Source: Ramazzottius varieornatus (taxonomy: Eukaryota; Animalia; Tardigrada). From it: 64,000 nt of DNA. The stretch spans positions 2,891,972 through 2,955,971 of the forward strand of contig BDGG01000005.1 of assembly GCA_001949185.1 (NCBI GenBank), in the 5' to 3' direction. The position numbers and the translations under genes are program-made. Below, piece by piece: positions 1-11,079 of the stretch. Below the pieces are notes generated by a model. The model did not search any database. It had not been told where the DNA came from and saw only the letters and a program-made list of their open reading frames with translations. Each line of letters begins with the position of its first letter. The first letter of the stretch is position 1.

Positions 1-21
1 CACGAATTCTACTGGACTGGA

Positions 22-1560
22 ATGGCTTCTCTGCCCTTCGATAGGATTATTATCCAACTGCAGCTTATGGGCTTCCTGTCAGTGAACGTCAATGCCGGTC
101 TTTCGGATATCTCTAATCGACGGCCAATTCGCGCTTCGGTCATGAGTTGTCTTCAAGCTTTTGCTTTCTCACTGGTTGCTTCAATGATCTGGATATCCGC
201 TGGTGCCGAAATCGCAGTAGCAACAACCAAACACTTGGCAGCAAAGGAACTGGCGGCGAACTCAACCACCCAAGCTGATACTTCGCAGTTGATCGATTTG
301 ATATTCCGTTTCCGGTACAGTCTTCGACGAGTCAGTTTCTGCGTGATCACCACCGTGTTCCATATGAATCGAGTTAGTATACAAAATGGTCTTTTAGCCT
401 TGCAGGCAATTACTTCGAGTAAAAAGAGATTTTGGGGAAAGATCCACAGCCGATTAGCTTTCATATTCAATCTTGGGATAGGTGGGGCTGTCCTGGTTAG
501 TTTCACTTCCTGGTCGAGTAGACTGCTAGTGAATTACTCAATCATTGTCCTGCCGGCTATCGATCGTCCGGTCGCCTTCCTCGAAAATTTACCTTCGAGT
601 GCGTGGATGCTCATTACGGGAATATGTTGTACGCCTGGCGAATATGCGTCGTTCCTGATAGCTTCGTTAACCGTCGGGGTGGTGGCCGCTTTGTCCATAC
701 ATATCGAGGAACTGGTTAGCGAAGCTCACGAACTACGAGAAAACGTGCAGGCGGTGAGAAGCGCGACGGACTTACCACAAAAAATTGCGAATTTATGGGT
801 GGGTTTCATGGTAATTAAAGATGTGACGCGAGCCTTGGAGCGCGGCTTTTCCACTGTCATGAGTTGCTTGATCATTGGGCAGTTTGCGCCACTATTGGCG
901 TTCTCACCAATTTTCGTCCGCGCTGGGGTTTTGGCAGCTTTCCAGAATTACAGCCTTCATCTCATTCTATACATCGCCGTTCCCCTTGTAGCGTTGTTTT
1001 CGTTGCTCCTGACATGCGCAAAAAGCTATTCGAAGGTACTGTAATCTAATTTCCAAAAAACTGCAGAAACATATTGAACGGTTTATTTGTTGGTTCGCAG
1101 CGTTCATGTGGTGTTATTACAGTGTGAGGAACTGCAGTTTGAGTTAAGACAGCTGCTGCACATCATGAACAACCTCGACGTAGCCAAGGTGTCGAAGGAT
1201 CTCGTCAGTTTCCCATTACTAAACAAAACGTTCTTCATCGATAACTGGGAGCAAAACAGTGTGACTGGATACTTGAGACCAATGCAAAGCTACGTCAGAT
1301 CATTGGTGCGAGCAATTCAGCAGTATCCATCCATCGTCGAAGTTTGGTTATTCGGCGTCATCGAGTATTCCACTTTGAACGAGGTACAGAGATGTCACCA
1401 GCTGTAGACATTTATTTTTCGAAAGAATTTGACTTTGCAGATGGTCGCCTTCTTCGGGGGATACATGTTTTTTGTCATCGAACGAGGAGCTCCGCCGTCC
1501 GATCCGTTGGCTACGCTATCGGGGCTGCTCAATTTGACCCCTGGGAGTCCAGACTCTTAG
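22..1560 (+). CDS. Gustatory-receptor-like (7TM ionotropic chemoreceptor superfamily) gene, spliced
   Basis: Long hydrophobic multi-TM exon 22-1035 ends at a phase-0 GT. The next exon starts at 1123 (CEELQFELRQLL...QQYPSIVEVWLFGVIEYSTLNE, donor after 1383; an internal intron near 1204 is possible). The last exon 1441-1560 reads MVAFFGGYMFFVIER..., resembling the GR TM7 TYhhhhhQF motif. A long first exon plus short phase-0 C-terminal exons is the typical GR layout. Confidence 0.7.
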
Positions 1561-2382
1561 TAGTGCTTCCTGCCAGGAAGGTCATTGTAAGAAGTACTTG
1601 ACGACAAGCTCTTTTTGGTATCAGATCGACTGCTTAAAATCAATCAGCTGATTTTTGGCTTGTACGGCTTGCAGAGACAAACTCCGTTTTGAATACGGGG
1701 CAGTCGTACAAGTTCGTACGTCCTAACGTGATCATAGCGCTGTTACTTCACGCTTGGAATCAGCAGCTTCTCGCTTACACCAGGGATGCGTCTTCTGGAC
1801 TTCCGGTGCGTTCCCCAGCAAATCCGCTGAAGCAGAAAGAGAATTCTACAACGGCTCACTACTTGACTTTTGAAAATGAAGACTTCACTGATTCTATCAG
1901 GAACGAGAGCAAATAAGGCTATTGCTCAAGTTCAAGAAATGGAGCTTAAGAGCGCCCTCACGGCACAAGCTGTTGCAGCATCTGCAATATTATTAATAAG
2001 CGTCGATTGCTGACGAAGTAATGCTTAATTTATATCACACTACAGTACCGGTACACAGCATAGTTTTTCCTACTCACCCGATGATCAGTGTCATAGAGAC
2101 AGAGGTTCCGTTTAAAAACGATGAATAAATCATTTTCCTTGAGGCCTCTGAATATACGCATGAATAAAGTGTACCTGACCTCTCACGATATATTCTTTGA
2201 ACACACGAAGCTGGACTTACTTCGGTTCCGTATCCGTTCAAGGCTCACGAGTAATCTCGCCAGAAAGGTTTTCAATCGACGACCGCGGTTATTTTTATCG
2301 CGCAAACGTTGTTCCTCCTTTCGGACGATTCGGAATTCGTCTCGTTATTTTCCTGCCCCATCTTTCTTTGTTGTCCTCAGTA

Positions 2383-3434
2383 ATGTCACATTCGACTGGT
2401 ATTTTGCTTTGCGCGGTCCTGTTTGCTTTGGCCCCAACAAGCCAACCGGCTACACTAAAGTCGTCGATCTCCGCCTTCTCGCCAGACGGTAACTACACAG
2501 TACAGTCTCGCAATTTGACAAATATTATTGATTCTCTGAAGTTCTTACGTCGGGTTTGAAATGCGTAGCGCCGTTTTGGATCATGCTACAGGACCTAGCG
2601 GCGTCGCTGGCCAATGCCAAAGAAACTGCCGAACGTCCTATCACAGTACCCGGAAGAGACGCCAGTACCTATTTGCAAATTCTAAGGGATATGGACAAAA
2701 GCATAAAACTCATACAGCAGGTCGCTGCTGGTAAAAAGACGCTGACTGGTTCCGAGTGCCTGTCAGCCACTCTGGACTTTGCTTCCGCCACTGGACAGGT
2801 CCTGAGACACGCAAATGATATCATCAAGAGAGACAGCTCCAGAAAACCAATCAATGACGAAGGTAGGCTATCTTGGTTTGCAGAAAGGTGCCGTACCATG
2901 GTTTCTAGTTGTAGGAAGCGCGGTAAAAAACACGGTGTACTATTATATTTTTTTTGTGATCGGGCTGCAATTTATCACACTATGGCTACCAACAAAAATA
3001 CATATAACGAGTTAACAATATAACTAATAACCAGTCGACATCCCCTTAACAAGAAAGTACAGCATCAGCGAGCAAAAACACCGCTGGACCATCTCATAGC
3101 TCACATTTGAAAAGTAAAAATGCTTCCCCAAGCCCACGGGAAGGGGAAGGAACTTAAAACGTTAAACTTAATGACTACATTACTTGTCTTTGCAGAAAAG
3201 TATCACGCTACCGTGCAGACGCTTGCAGCGGCGCAAAATGCCGTCCTAAAAGCAGCTGTCAGCAACGCGAAAGTGTCAAGTCCGGGGCAATACCTCAGCA
3301 TCATGCTGAAATTCAGCAAGAGCTTAAATCGTGTTCAAACAGTTGTTGCAAGCGGTGACACCAGCCCGGAATGCGTGGCGGCGCTTAAGGCGGTTTCCGA
3401 AAGCATGTCTGCTATACTCGCCCAGCTAAACTAG
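2383..3434 (+). CDS. Secreted helical protein with two exon-encoded internal repeats (about 212 aa)
   Basis: Exons 2383-2488 (signal peptide MSHSTGILLCAVLFALAPTS), 2569-2862 and 3196-3434 join in frame through phase-1 GT-AG introns. Exons 2 and 3 are similar to each other. The 2568 acceptor has a weak pyrimidine tract. Confidence 0.6.
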
Positions 3435-3810
3435 GAAAAGCTTCACCGTGAGTGAGTTGGGAAGAAGGTTCTTTACTCAGATTCTGTGCCCGACGCAGTA
3501 AAGTATTAAATGTTCCAACTGACATAAGAGATTCACAGGCGAATCACGGTATGCCGTACTGTAGCCGTCAGTCGGCGAATATATGCGTACGCCGTAAGAC
3601 ATGCGAGCGCACAATTCTCAATCGTTATGGTAAACGTGGTTGCAGCAGCTTGGGGGTAGTACGGTTTTCCAGGTACGAGGTAAACGACATAATTCGGCCG
3701 TACCCATTTTTGGGACGTAATTCTGACGGCGTAAAACGTTTGAACATTATTGTCAACGCTTGATTGATTTCTCATCGTACGCCTGTTGATACAAATTTAG
3801 GCTTTTCAAC

Positions 3811-4624
3811 TAGAGCTGTTAAAACCAGACCAGACCACTTGGAAAGTGGTTTATATGGTTTATGCGGTTCGTGGTTTGACATCCAAACCGAACCACCTCA
3901 AACCATATGGCATCTCAAACCAAACCACTCAAAACGGTTTCGATCTCACGCCAAACCATATGAACCACTGGTTTATGTGATTTAATATGGTTTGCGGTAA
4001 AGGGAAATTTCATACGAAATCTGCAGATTCTGTGCTAGAAGTCGGGCCGAAATTGGCCGTCTGACAGTGCCAATCTTTTTCCCCCCACTGCCACCGTGCG
4101 CTGCCACATCGTTCTGAGTGCCACGTGATGCACAGCTTTAATTGGGTGAGCATCGTGTCATAAGCTGCGCAACATCAGAACTACGCCTTCCGTCAGGTAT
4201 AAATCGCAGTTCCGGCAGTGTTGAACAACACTGCTGGTGGAAAATGATTGCACTACCGGATAGCTTGCCATGGTGCTTTTTTAAGTCCAGCATGCGCCAT
4301 TTTTCTCTGTTTGCGTTTGTTTGTGGAGAAACCAGCAACGGTCGCTCAACTTCTTATGTCTTCGTTGGTTATTTTCGTTGATTAGTCAGTTGAAGAAAAC
4401 TGTGTTAGAATTTACTATGTACTGGTGGTAAAAAAGCTGTTCGCAAACCGGTGCAAACCGGCGGTTTATGTGATTTGGTTTGAATGGTCTGGTCCGGAGT
4501 TTAGACCAGACCACTTTTGGTGGTNNNNNNNNNNNNNNNNNNNNNNNNNNNNNNNNNNNNNNNNNNNNNNNNNNCACCACATGGACGAAACCAAACCATA
4601 TGGTTCAAACCATTAACAGCTCTA
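3811..4624. mobile_element. Non-autonomous hAT-type MITE (contains the assembly gap)
   Basis: TIRs TAGAGCTGTTAA / TTAACAGCTCTA; 8-bp TSD ttttcaac / tcttcaac (7/8); many AAACC/GGTTT subterminal repeats. Confidence 0.8.
4525..4574. other. Assembly gap (50 N)
   Basis: Run of N inside the repetitive end of the hAT MITE. Confidence 0.99.
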
Positions 4625-4879
4625 TCTTCAACAGTAGACCGACCCCTCTTCCTCCCAAGAGCAGTTTCTTCGACCCAAAACTTCATCTCATCCTATCAAT
4701 AAAACCTATCCAGAGCTCTGGGAGATAAGCTTGTCTACATTGGTAACGAAAACCCAAACGACGTGGTACAGTGAGCTCAGAAATATAACCCGTCGTAATT
4801 ACGTCCCAAAAACAGGTACGCAGAAGTATGTCGTTCACCTCGTACAGAGGCTAATTACTGCTAAGTGATCAATGAAAGG

Positions 4880-7695
4880 ATGGAGAATGCATATTTTCAC
4901 CATCTTATTCAGATTCGGTTACAATTGCTTGGCTTTCTACCGCGAACTTCCTGCTGTCGAGTCGCAATCCCGTTGACGATGTTCGAGGATTATAAACCTG
5001 AAACTGTTGCCATTGTCGGTCGCTGTCGCTACATTATTGTCTGCATGCTTTTTTGTCGTGTCGGAGCTAATGGTCACGATTGCCGATCACCTGAAAGAAA
5101 TTTGGGAAGAACCAAGTTTGCACACCTGTACGTTAGTCAACCATGACAGTGGATCACACTTGGTCGACAGCTGCGGTGCGCCTCGCGTAACCGTAGCTTT
5201 TTCCTGCTGATAATCATCAGGATGTTGTATCTCAGTCGGAACCAGGCTCACCAAGGGCTTTCTTTGCTTCAACAGCTGCCTAGGTCGAACGATCTTCTAA
5301 GAATGACCAAGAACCAAATGGCTTTTGGGATCGTTTTCACCCTTGTGCTTTTACCCGTATCTTAGATGACCACTGAGCTAACCCTTTATTAATTTTGAAG
5401 ACAAAAATATCCTCTCAAAAAATGAGGAGGCAGCGATACAAAAAACAAACAAGCGTTACATGGACTTACCATTCTTAACATCTAAAACATATAAAAGTTC
5501 GTCCAGACCTTTCAAATCTTTCACAGTACTGAGAACGGAATAACAATTACCACGAAGAATATCTATTGACACTCACTGCTTAAAAAACTGGAAAGATGTA
5601 GACTGGCCAGTCACATCTGCCATCTTTCTTCCGACCACCTCAAACAGCTCTGTTGCACGAGGTCCCCATGGTCCACCGGTCTCGAGACCAACAGGGCAGA
5701 ACTGGAATTGGCTTCCGAAGTCCTGGTACTTGGCAGTCTCAGGGCACGTTTGAGCGACTCGTTCAGAGCGCTGTGTCGACTGTAACGACTGCCCTTAACT
5801 CGCAGCTCCACCATGGGATTAGCCTTTGGACTCGCCTTTGAGGCGAGATTAGCCTTTGGAAGGGTTCCTCGGGAGGCCTCCCCCCTATGACAATAGTAGA
5901 TCGAGATGTGAACTACTGTACACGATACACAAATCCGCAGTTCAGTATCACCGCCTAGTAATAAACCACGACTGTTCTGACGTGGTCCTCCAAATTGAGT
6001 ATATTGCATCTTTCCGGCACCAGGGAAGAATGACCAGCCACGTTTAGTTACCGCCTGCCTGGTCTTTGTCTTCAAGAAGAAGAACAGGTGACAGCACGTA
6101 GAAGATTACTGGACAAGCAGGCGGTTGCTGGCTACTGGTCCAGCGTCTTTCTGACTGTTTCACTCTCTGACACAAACTTTCAATCGGCCTTCCTGAACAA
6201 TGCACCGTTTTCGGGGTACTTTATTTGGAAGTTGCGATCATGCTAATTTTTTCTGGAACGGCCAACCGACAACAGTGCTTTACTGCACGAACGCGGAAGG
6301 GACTCTGCCGGAATGAACGCACTCGTTATTCGAATATGAAGCGAATCCTGATGCGCCCTTTATTGAGAAGGGAACCAGTACAGAAAACGCCGGGTGGGTG
6401 GGTGGAAGAACTCCTTTCCGTGCAGCGATTCGAAACAAACTTTTAATACGAAGTTTGCCCATAGACGTGAAACATGATCGAAGAGAATGTAGGCTGTGTT
6501 GTTCAGAAAGGAAAAAAGTACTGATAAGAAACCCGGTATCGAGTGCGTAAAACCACTACTGCATAACGATATGACAGCAGCGTGGACAGTGTAAAGCTTG
6601 GATGGGAAGCAAAGAAAGAAGGTGTGGCGTCGTGAAAACGCGGTGGTCAGTAAATATTAACCAAAATTGAACTCAATTCAATTTTAACCAGCTCCACAGC
6701 GGCATGTGCGAGGGCGAAATAGCTCAGCTTCCAAACATACACCAACGCTAACACGGAGGGCGTTATTGTCCAAAAGGTTTCCGAGCGAGAACGACGGGAC
6801 GGTTGAACACTTGCTTGAATGCGTACCAAGTTATCTTCATCTTCGACCCAAACAAAGTGGAATTAACCCATTGGAACTCCTCAGGTATCAACCGGAACAC
6901 TTGTGGACCATGTTAACGGGTGCTGCTGTACACCTGGCGAGTGCTGCGCTGACTAGTATACCGATCGCCGTGATGTGCTCCGCGATGACGTCACATATCA
7001 AAGACCTCGTCCATGAAACTTCAGGGCTTCGTGTGAAAATCAGCTCACAGCCAAAATCGTCTGTTTTGTCGGAGATGATTGCGGATCTGTGGGTACGGTT
7101 CTTGACGGTTAAGGAAGTGCGATTGAACTGGAAAAGGGCTCTTCATGGGGTTGATCCATTTCCTGGTGCTGTCTCAATTAGGTCCGCTGATTTCCTTCTC
7201 GCCTGTTGTTATGATACCGGGCGTGTTACCTGCTCTGACGACCTACGCCTTGCTCACTTTTTCTGTATATTGGTGGTTCTCATTGTAGTTATCATTAGTG
7301 ACCTACACGTTGGCACCGGAAACTCGACACAGGTAAGCAGACCGAGCTAGTGTCGAGCGGTACGTCTGAAAAAATTTCCACGCGACTGCAACGTTCGTTG
7401 GTGACCTTGACGTAGAGTTGGCAAATGGAAATCCAGTTGCAGAATCTGATCAAGTTACTGGATGGACCTGATCTTCAGCGGAAAACTGGGACGATTTATT
7501 GAAACATCATGGCGTCGCAGCCAGACATGACAAGCTTGTATATGGATCGTCGGCTGAATCTGCAATGCCGAAGGCTCCATATTGTGGCCGGTCACGAAGG
7601 CACATCAAAGGTTCGCGTCGACTGTGTCAAAGGTATCCACCTGTGCTTGATGTGGGGTTTCTCGGCCCACTGTCTTCGATAACTCTAATCGAGGT
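4880..7695 (+). pseudogene. Decayed paralog of the GR-like gene
   Basis: MENAYFHHLIQIRLQLLGFLP matches MASLPFDRIIIQLQLMGFLS. SHIKDLVHETSGLR...IADLWVRFLTVKEV matches IHIEELVSEAHELR...IANLWVGFMVIKDV. QRYPPVLDVGFLGPLSSITLIE matches QQYPSIVEVWLFGVIEYSTLNE. There are several frameshifts and about 1.4 kb of unrelated sequence between about 5360 and 6800. Confidence 0.7.
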
Positions 7696-8182
7696 ACGAG
7701 GAGCGAGGCTTGACTTCGTCCGTTTCCCGCAAAGGAGACTACTTATTCCACTGACGATTTTCTCACTAACCTTTCGGTATCAAAACCCCAAACTAATTCC
7801 CAGGTACCCTCTAACACTTGGCTTCATTCCTATTCAGCCAAAAGTGGGATTAAAGAAAAGATCATGACGGGAGAAATTCTAGAGCGCAAGTCTTTGGTGA
7901 TATTCGTTCCATCTTAGGGAACACGCTTTCTGCAGAGGGCACAACAAGCCGGGACAAGTAAACTACATATGTGCCCGACCGAGCAGAATCACACAGTTCT
8001 GAACGTGTGCCCAAGGTTAATCCTGATGTCGAACGACCGTTTTTCCACCAAAATCAGAACGGCTTGAACTTTGTAAACTTCCGAGCGAAAACGCATTGTT
8101 TACGGACTCCTCAATTGAATTTTCGTGCTAGAAGATTATCATTCTTCTTCCTGTCACGTCCAAGGTTTTCCTTGTCTTTATA

Positions 8183-9501
8183 ATGGCTGAAAATTGTTCT
8201 CCGGTGACTTCGGCGACTTCCGAAGGCTACCTTCCCGCTCCCGCTCCCGCTCCCCTGCGATCCATAGACAAACTTCGGAAACGACAATGTGTGCAGGCAC
8301 ATCCTGGAATGGAAGCAGCTGCAGCTGCTGTTAACGATGGGATGTCCATACGGATGTCCGACAAGAGATATCGGATACCTCACACAACTCTTGCCAACAA
8401 AGTCAACGGGAAACACGGAAAGAAGGCTGGAAGACCCAGTACCTTCACGATGCAAGGAGAGGCAGAAATAACCGAAATCCTCGTGCGCTGCTCTAAGAAT
8501 GGTTTTCTTCTCGCTAAACGTACTCTGATCAAGATCGTCAAAGCCATCGCCATTGCAAAAGGTGAGCTTGATGTTGCTCAAATTTCTCTCGTATGAAGGA
8601 CAGCCTTCGGATAACATCAGCCACGTGTTAAGCATGAAATGTCCGAACAGCTGACTTCTGGCCGACCGTGCACCAAGGATGACCTTGTCCGCAGTGTTGC
8701 TTATTTCTAGGCGTAGACTGGGCTGACAGACGGCACCGGAACTTTCTTCGGAGAAACCGTGAAGTTTCCGTACGGGTACTGAGCGCACTGAGCTTCAAGA
8801 AGTCGAGGGAATGGACCGCTAAGCGCTGCGAAAATGGATCTCACTGTTACAGAAGCTGAGTGACGATGGATTTCTTGATGGTCCTAACGGAATATGGAAT
8901 TTGGACGAATCGAGATTTCGACTGGTCGGACTCTACGACAGGGTGTACGTAGAGAGGGGCGTAAAGGAAGCGGGGGGCTACGTGAAAGGCAGCTTCCTGC
9001 ACTCCACAAAAGAGACGTCGCGAAAAAGATTCCCGTTTGGATTTATCCAATGGAAGAATCCTTACCGAGAGTGCTTACATCAGCACAAAGAAAGCCACGA
9101 TGGAAAAGAACAAAGAGAAAACCTAAGGTCCGAGAAACCGAGGGCGAAACATCGAGGCGGGGGAGGAAAGCGCGACAGAATACGAGGATGATAGCCCCAC
9201 AACCCAAGGATACCCTTGTCAAGTCCCACCAAAGCGACAAAGAAAAACGGCCAAGCAGGTGGCTGCTGAAATGGCAAGCGACGTAACCGCACCACTACGG
9301 AACATCCATTTTCCGGCGAACGTTCCTGAAGGGTGTCCTTCGAAGACAAGACCGAAACGAGCCACGGCACGGGCGAAGACCGCTCCAGCTCCCAGAAAGA
9401 AACAGTCAGCGCCAGCTTCGAACACAAAGGCCAAGTTGCTTCCATTAACAAAAACTAAACCTGGAGTTTCTGCTGTAAAGTCGAAGGTTAAGAAGACCTA
9501 G
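8183..9501 (+). mobile_element. Decayed pogo/Tigger (CENP-B-like) transposase remnant
   Basis: HTH_psq motif MEAAAAAVNDGMSIRMSDKRYRIPHTTL followed by GRPSTFT..E and a CENP-B-type second HTH start. IWNLDESRF at about 8892-8920 matches the first Asp motif of the pogo DDE_1 domain. Most of the catalytic domain is deleted or frameshifted. Confidence 0.7.
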
Positions 9502-9619
9502 ATGGTATCTGAACATTCTTCGTTGTCCTGAGAATTCAATTGTTTAGCTGCTATAACGTTTCGCATCTTCGCGAAAGAAGAATGTAGGAACTCGGCAAAT
9601 AAACTCGCCATGATCGTTT

Positions 9620-9735
9620 CCCCAAGTGGCGCACGCTACCAGTTAATATTACTCGATACGTGCGTCATCTGAAAAATCGTCAACAAGTGGCGCACGCTTC
9701 TGGCCAATAACACTGAAATGTGCGCTACTTGGGAA
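9620..9735. repeat. Palindromic CAAGTGGCGCAC...GTGCGCCACTTG repeat units (dispersed family)
   Basis: CAAGTGGCGCAC at 9623 and 9684, inverted copy at 9720. Related units at about 38877-38925, 40134, 59523-59610, 61389-61435 and 62514-62605. Confidence 0.65.
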
Positions 9736-11079
9736 AACAATTATTCGCAACATCGCAAAGTGAACATATGTGACAGCGGAAGTAGCAATATGGTCTTCGG
9801 GCGGTGGGTGCATATTGTCTGCCTTCTGCCTTCATTTCTGTGAAAAATCCGAACGGCTATAACTTTGTACACCCTTCGGTGGGTGACTTATGGCGGTAAA
9901 CGTGGCCAGCGGTTTCTAATCAAGCTAGGCAGCTAACATCGCCGCCTGCAGAACGTGACTGTACAAAGTATGCTCGTCGACGAAGTAAGGCCTCGCTCCT
10001 CGTACGTATTAACACTCAAAAGACCACGCAATTCCGATCTCTGGGAGTACAAGGGGGGTAGATCACATTCCCCAATTTTTAACTGGCTGAAATCATAGGG
10101 TGGGGTCAGATCGGGCCAATCACCATATGTACGCTTCGCGGTTTTGGAGTAAAATGCGCCACTAAGTGAACCAAAGTGCCAGACCTTATTTTTGCTCCGA
10201 CCACTGGTCACACAGCATGGAATATACTGAAGCGTCTAAGACGGTACTAATGTACTAGCTCTGTGTCCAATCTTTAAGGGGGCTTTGCGTCAGCCAGCTC
10301 TTGAGTAAGAATTTGGTCCGTCAACTCAAGACACAGTATGGTTACAAACGAAATAGTCTCTCGAAATTTTCAGAAAGCTGCTAGCCAGTTCACGTCTTTT
10401 TTTACTGGAAGCGACGAAGTTTCTGAAAGCAAACGTGAAAATTTGAGACGAAAAGAGACGAAACAGTAGCCATTCCGCAAGGCTTTTGGGGTGCGCCAGG
10501 CAACCGGGGTACCCCCTTTGGTCTTTTAAGTGTTAAACAGCCCGCGCATGATAATTAATGGTGTTTTACAATTTTTCAGCTGGCTTTGTTATAAGCCGGT
10601 TTCGTCGGCTTTGTACTGTAATGCTTTTTGAACGTCGCGATTTACGTCATAGTGAGCGTGTGCTTTGTGCGTCATCATATTAGTTGCGGAACTATGACTT
10701 GCAACTTTCCGGAGGAAAGTCTTCAAAAAATTTTCCCGACTTCAGATTTCAGACTTTTTGAACCACCTAAATGTTTAAACTACAGTCTCGCTGTACCAGT
10801 GTCCGAACAAATAGAAGGATAATAAAGAGATAAGCTATGATTCTGAATAGTGTTAGATGGGGAAACTTACAATGTCGAAAGTGCTTCCCAGCCCGTGGCC
10901 AAATTTGATTAAAACTTGTGGACACATCACTGCAGCAAGAATGAACTTGTGCAGGCACACTAAACCAATCTATTTTGATCATGGGCTAGAAAGCTTTTTC
11001 AACATTGTAATAAAATCCAGGAAGTAAACCTTCACGGCGTTCAGCGGAACGTACAAACAGCAAAGCAATATTCCGAAAC

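Larger units (their letters stand above)
3675..4845. mobile_element. Older MITE-like inverted-repeat element interrupted by a hAT MITE
   Basis: About 3675-3731 (gtacgaggtaaacgacataatt...tttttgggacgtaattctgacgg) is the approximate reverse complement of about 4790-4845 (ccgtcgtaattacgtcccaaaaa...tatgtcgttcacctcgtac). Confidence 0.6.

Noticed and set aside
4386-4728. ORFs spanning the N run
   Set aside because: Artefacts of the assembly gap inside a MITE.
5360-6800. Identity of the insert within the GR pseudogene
   Set aside because: No TIR, TSD or protein motif could be supported by eye.
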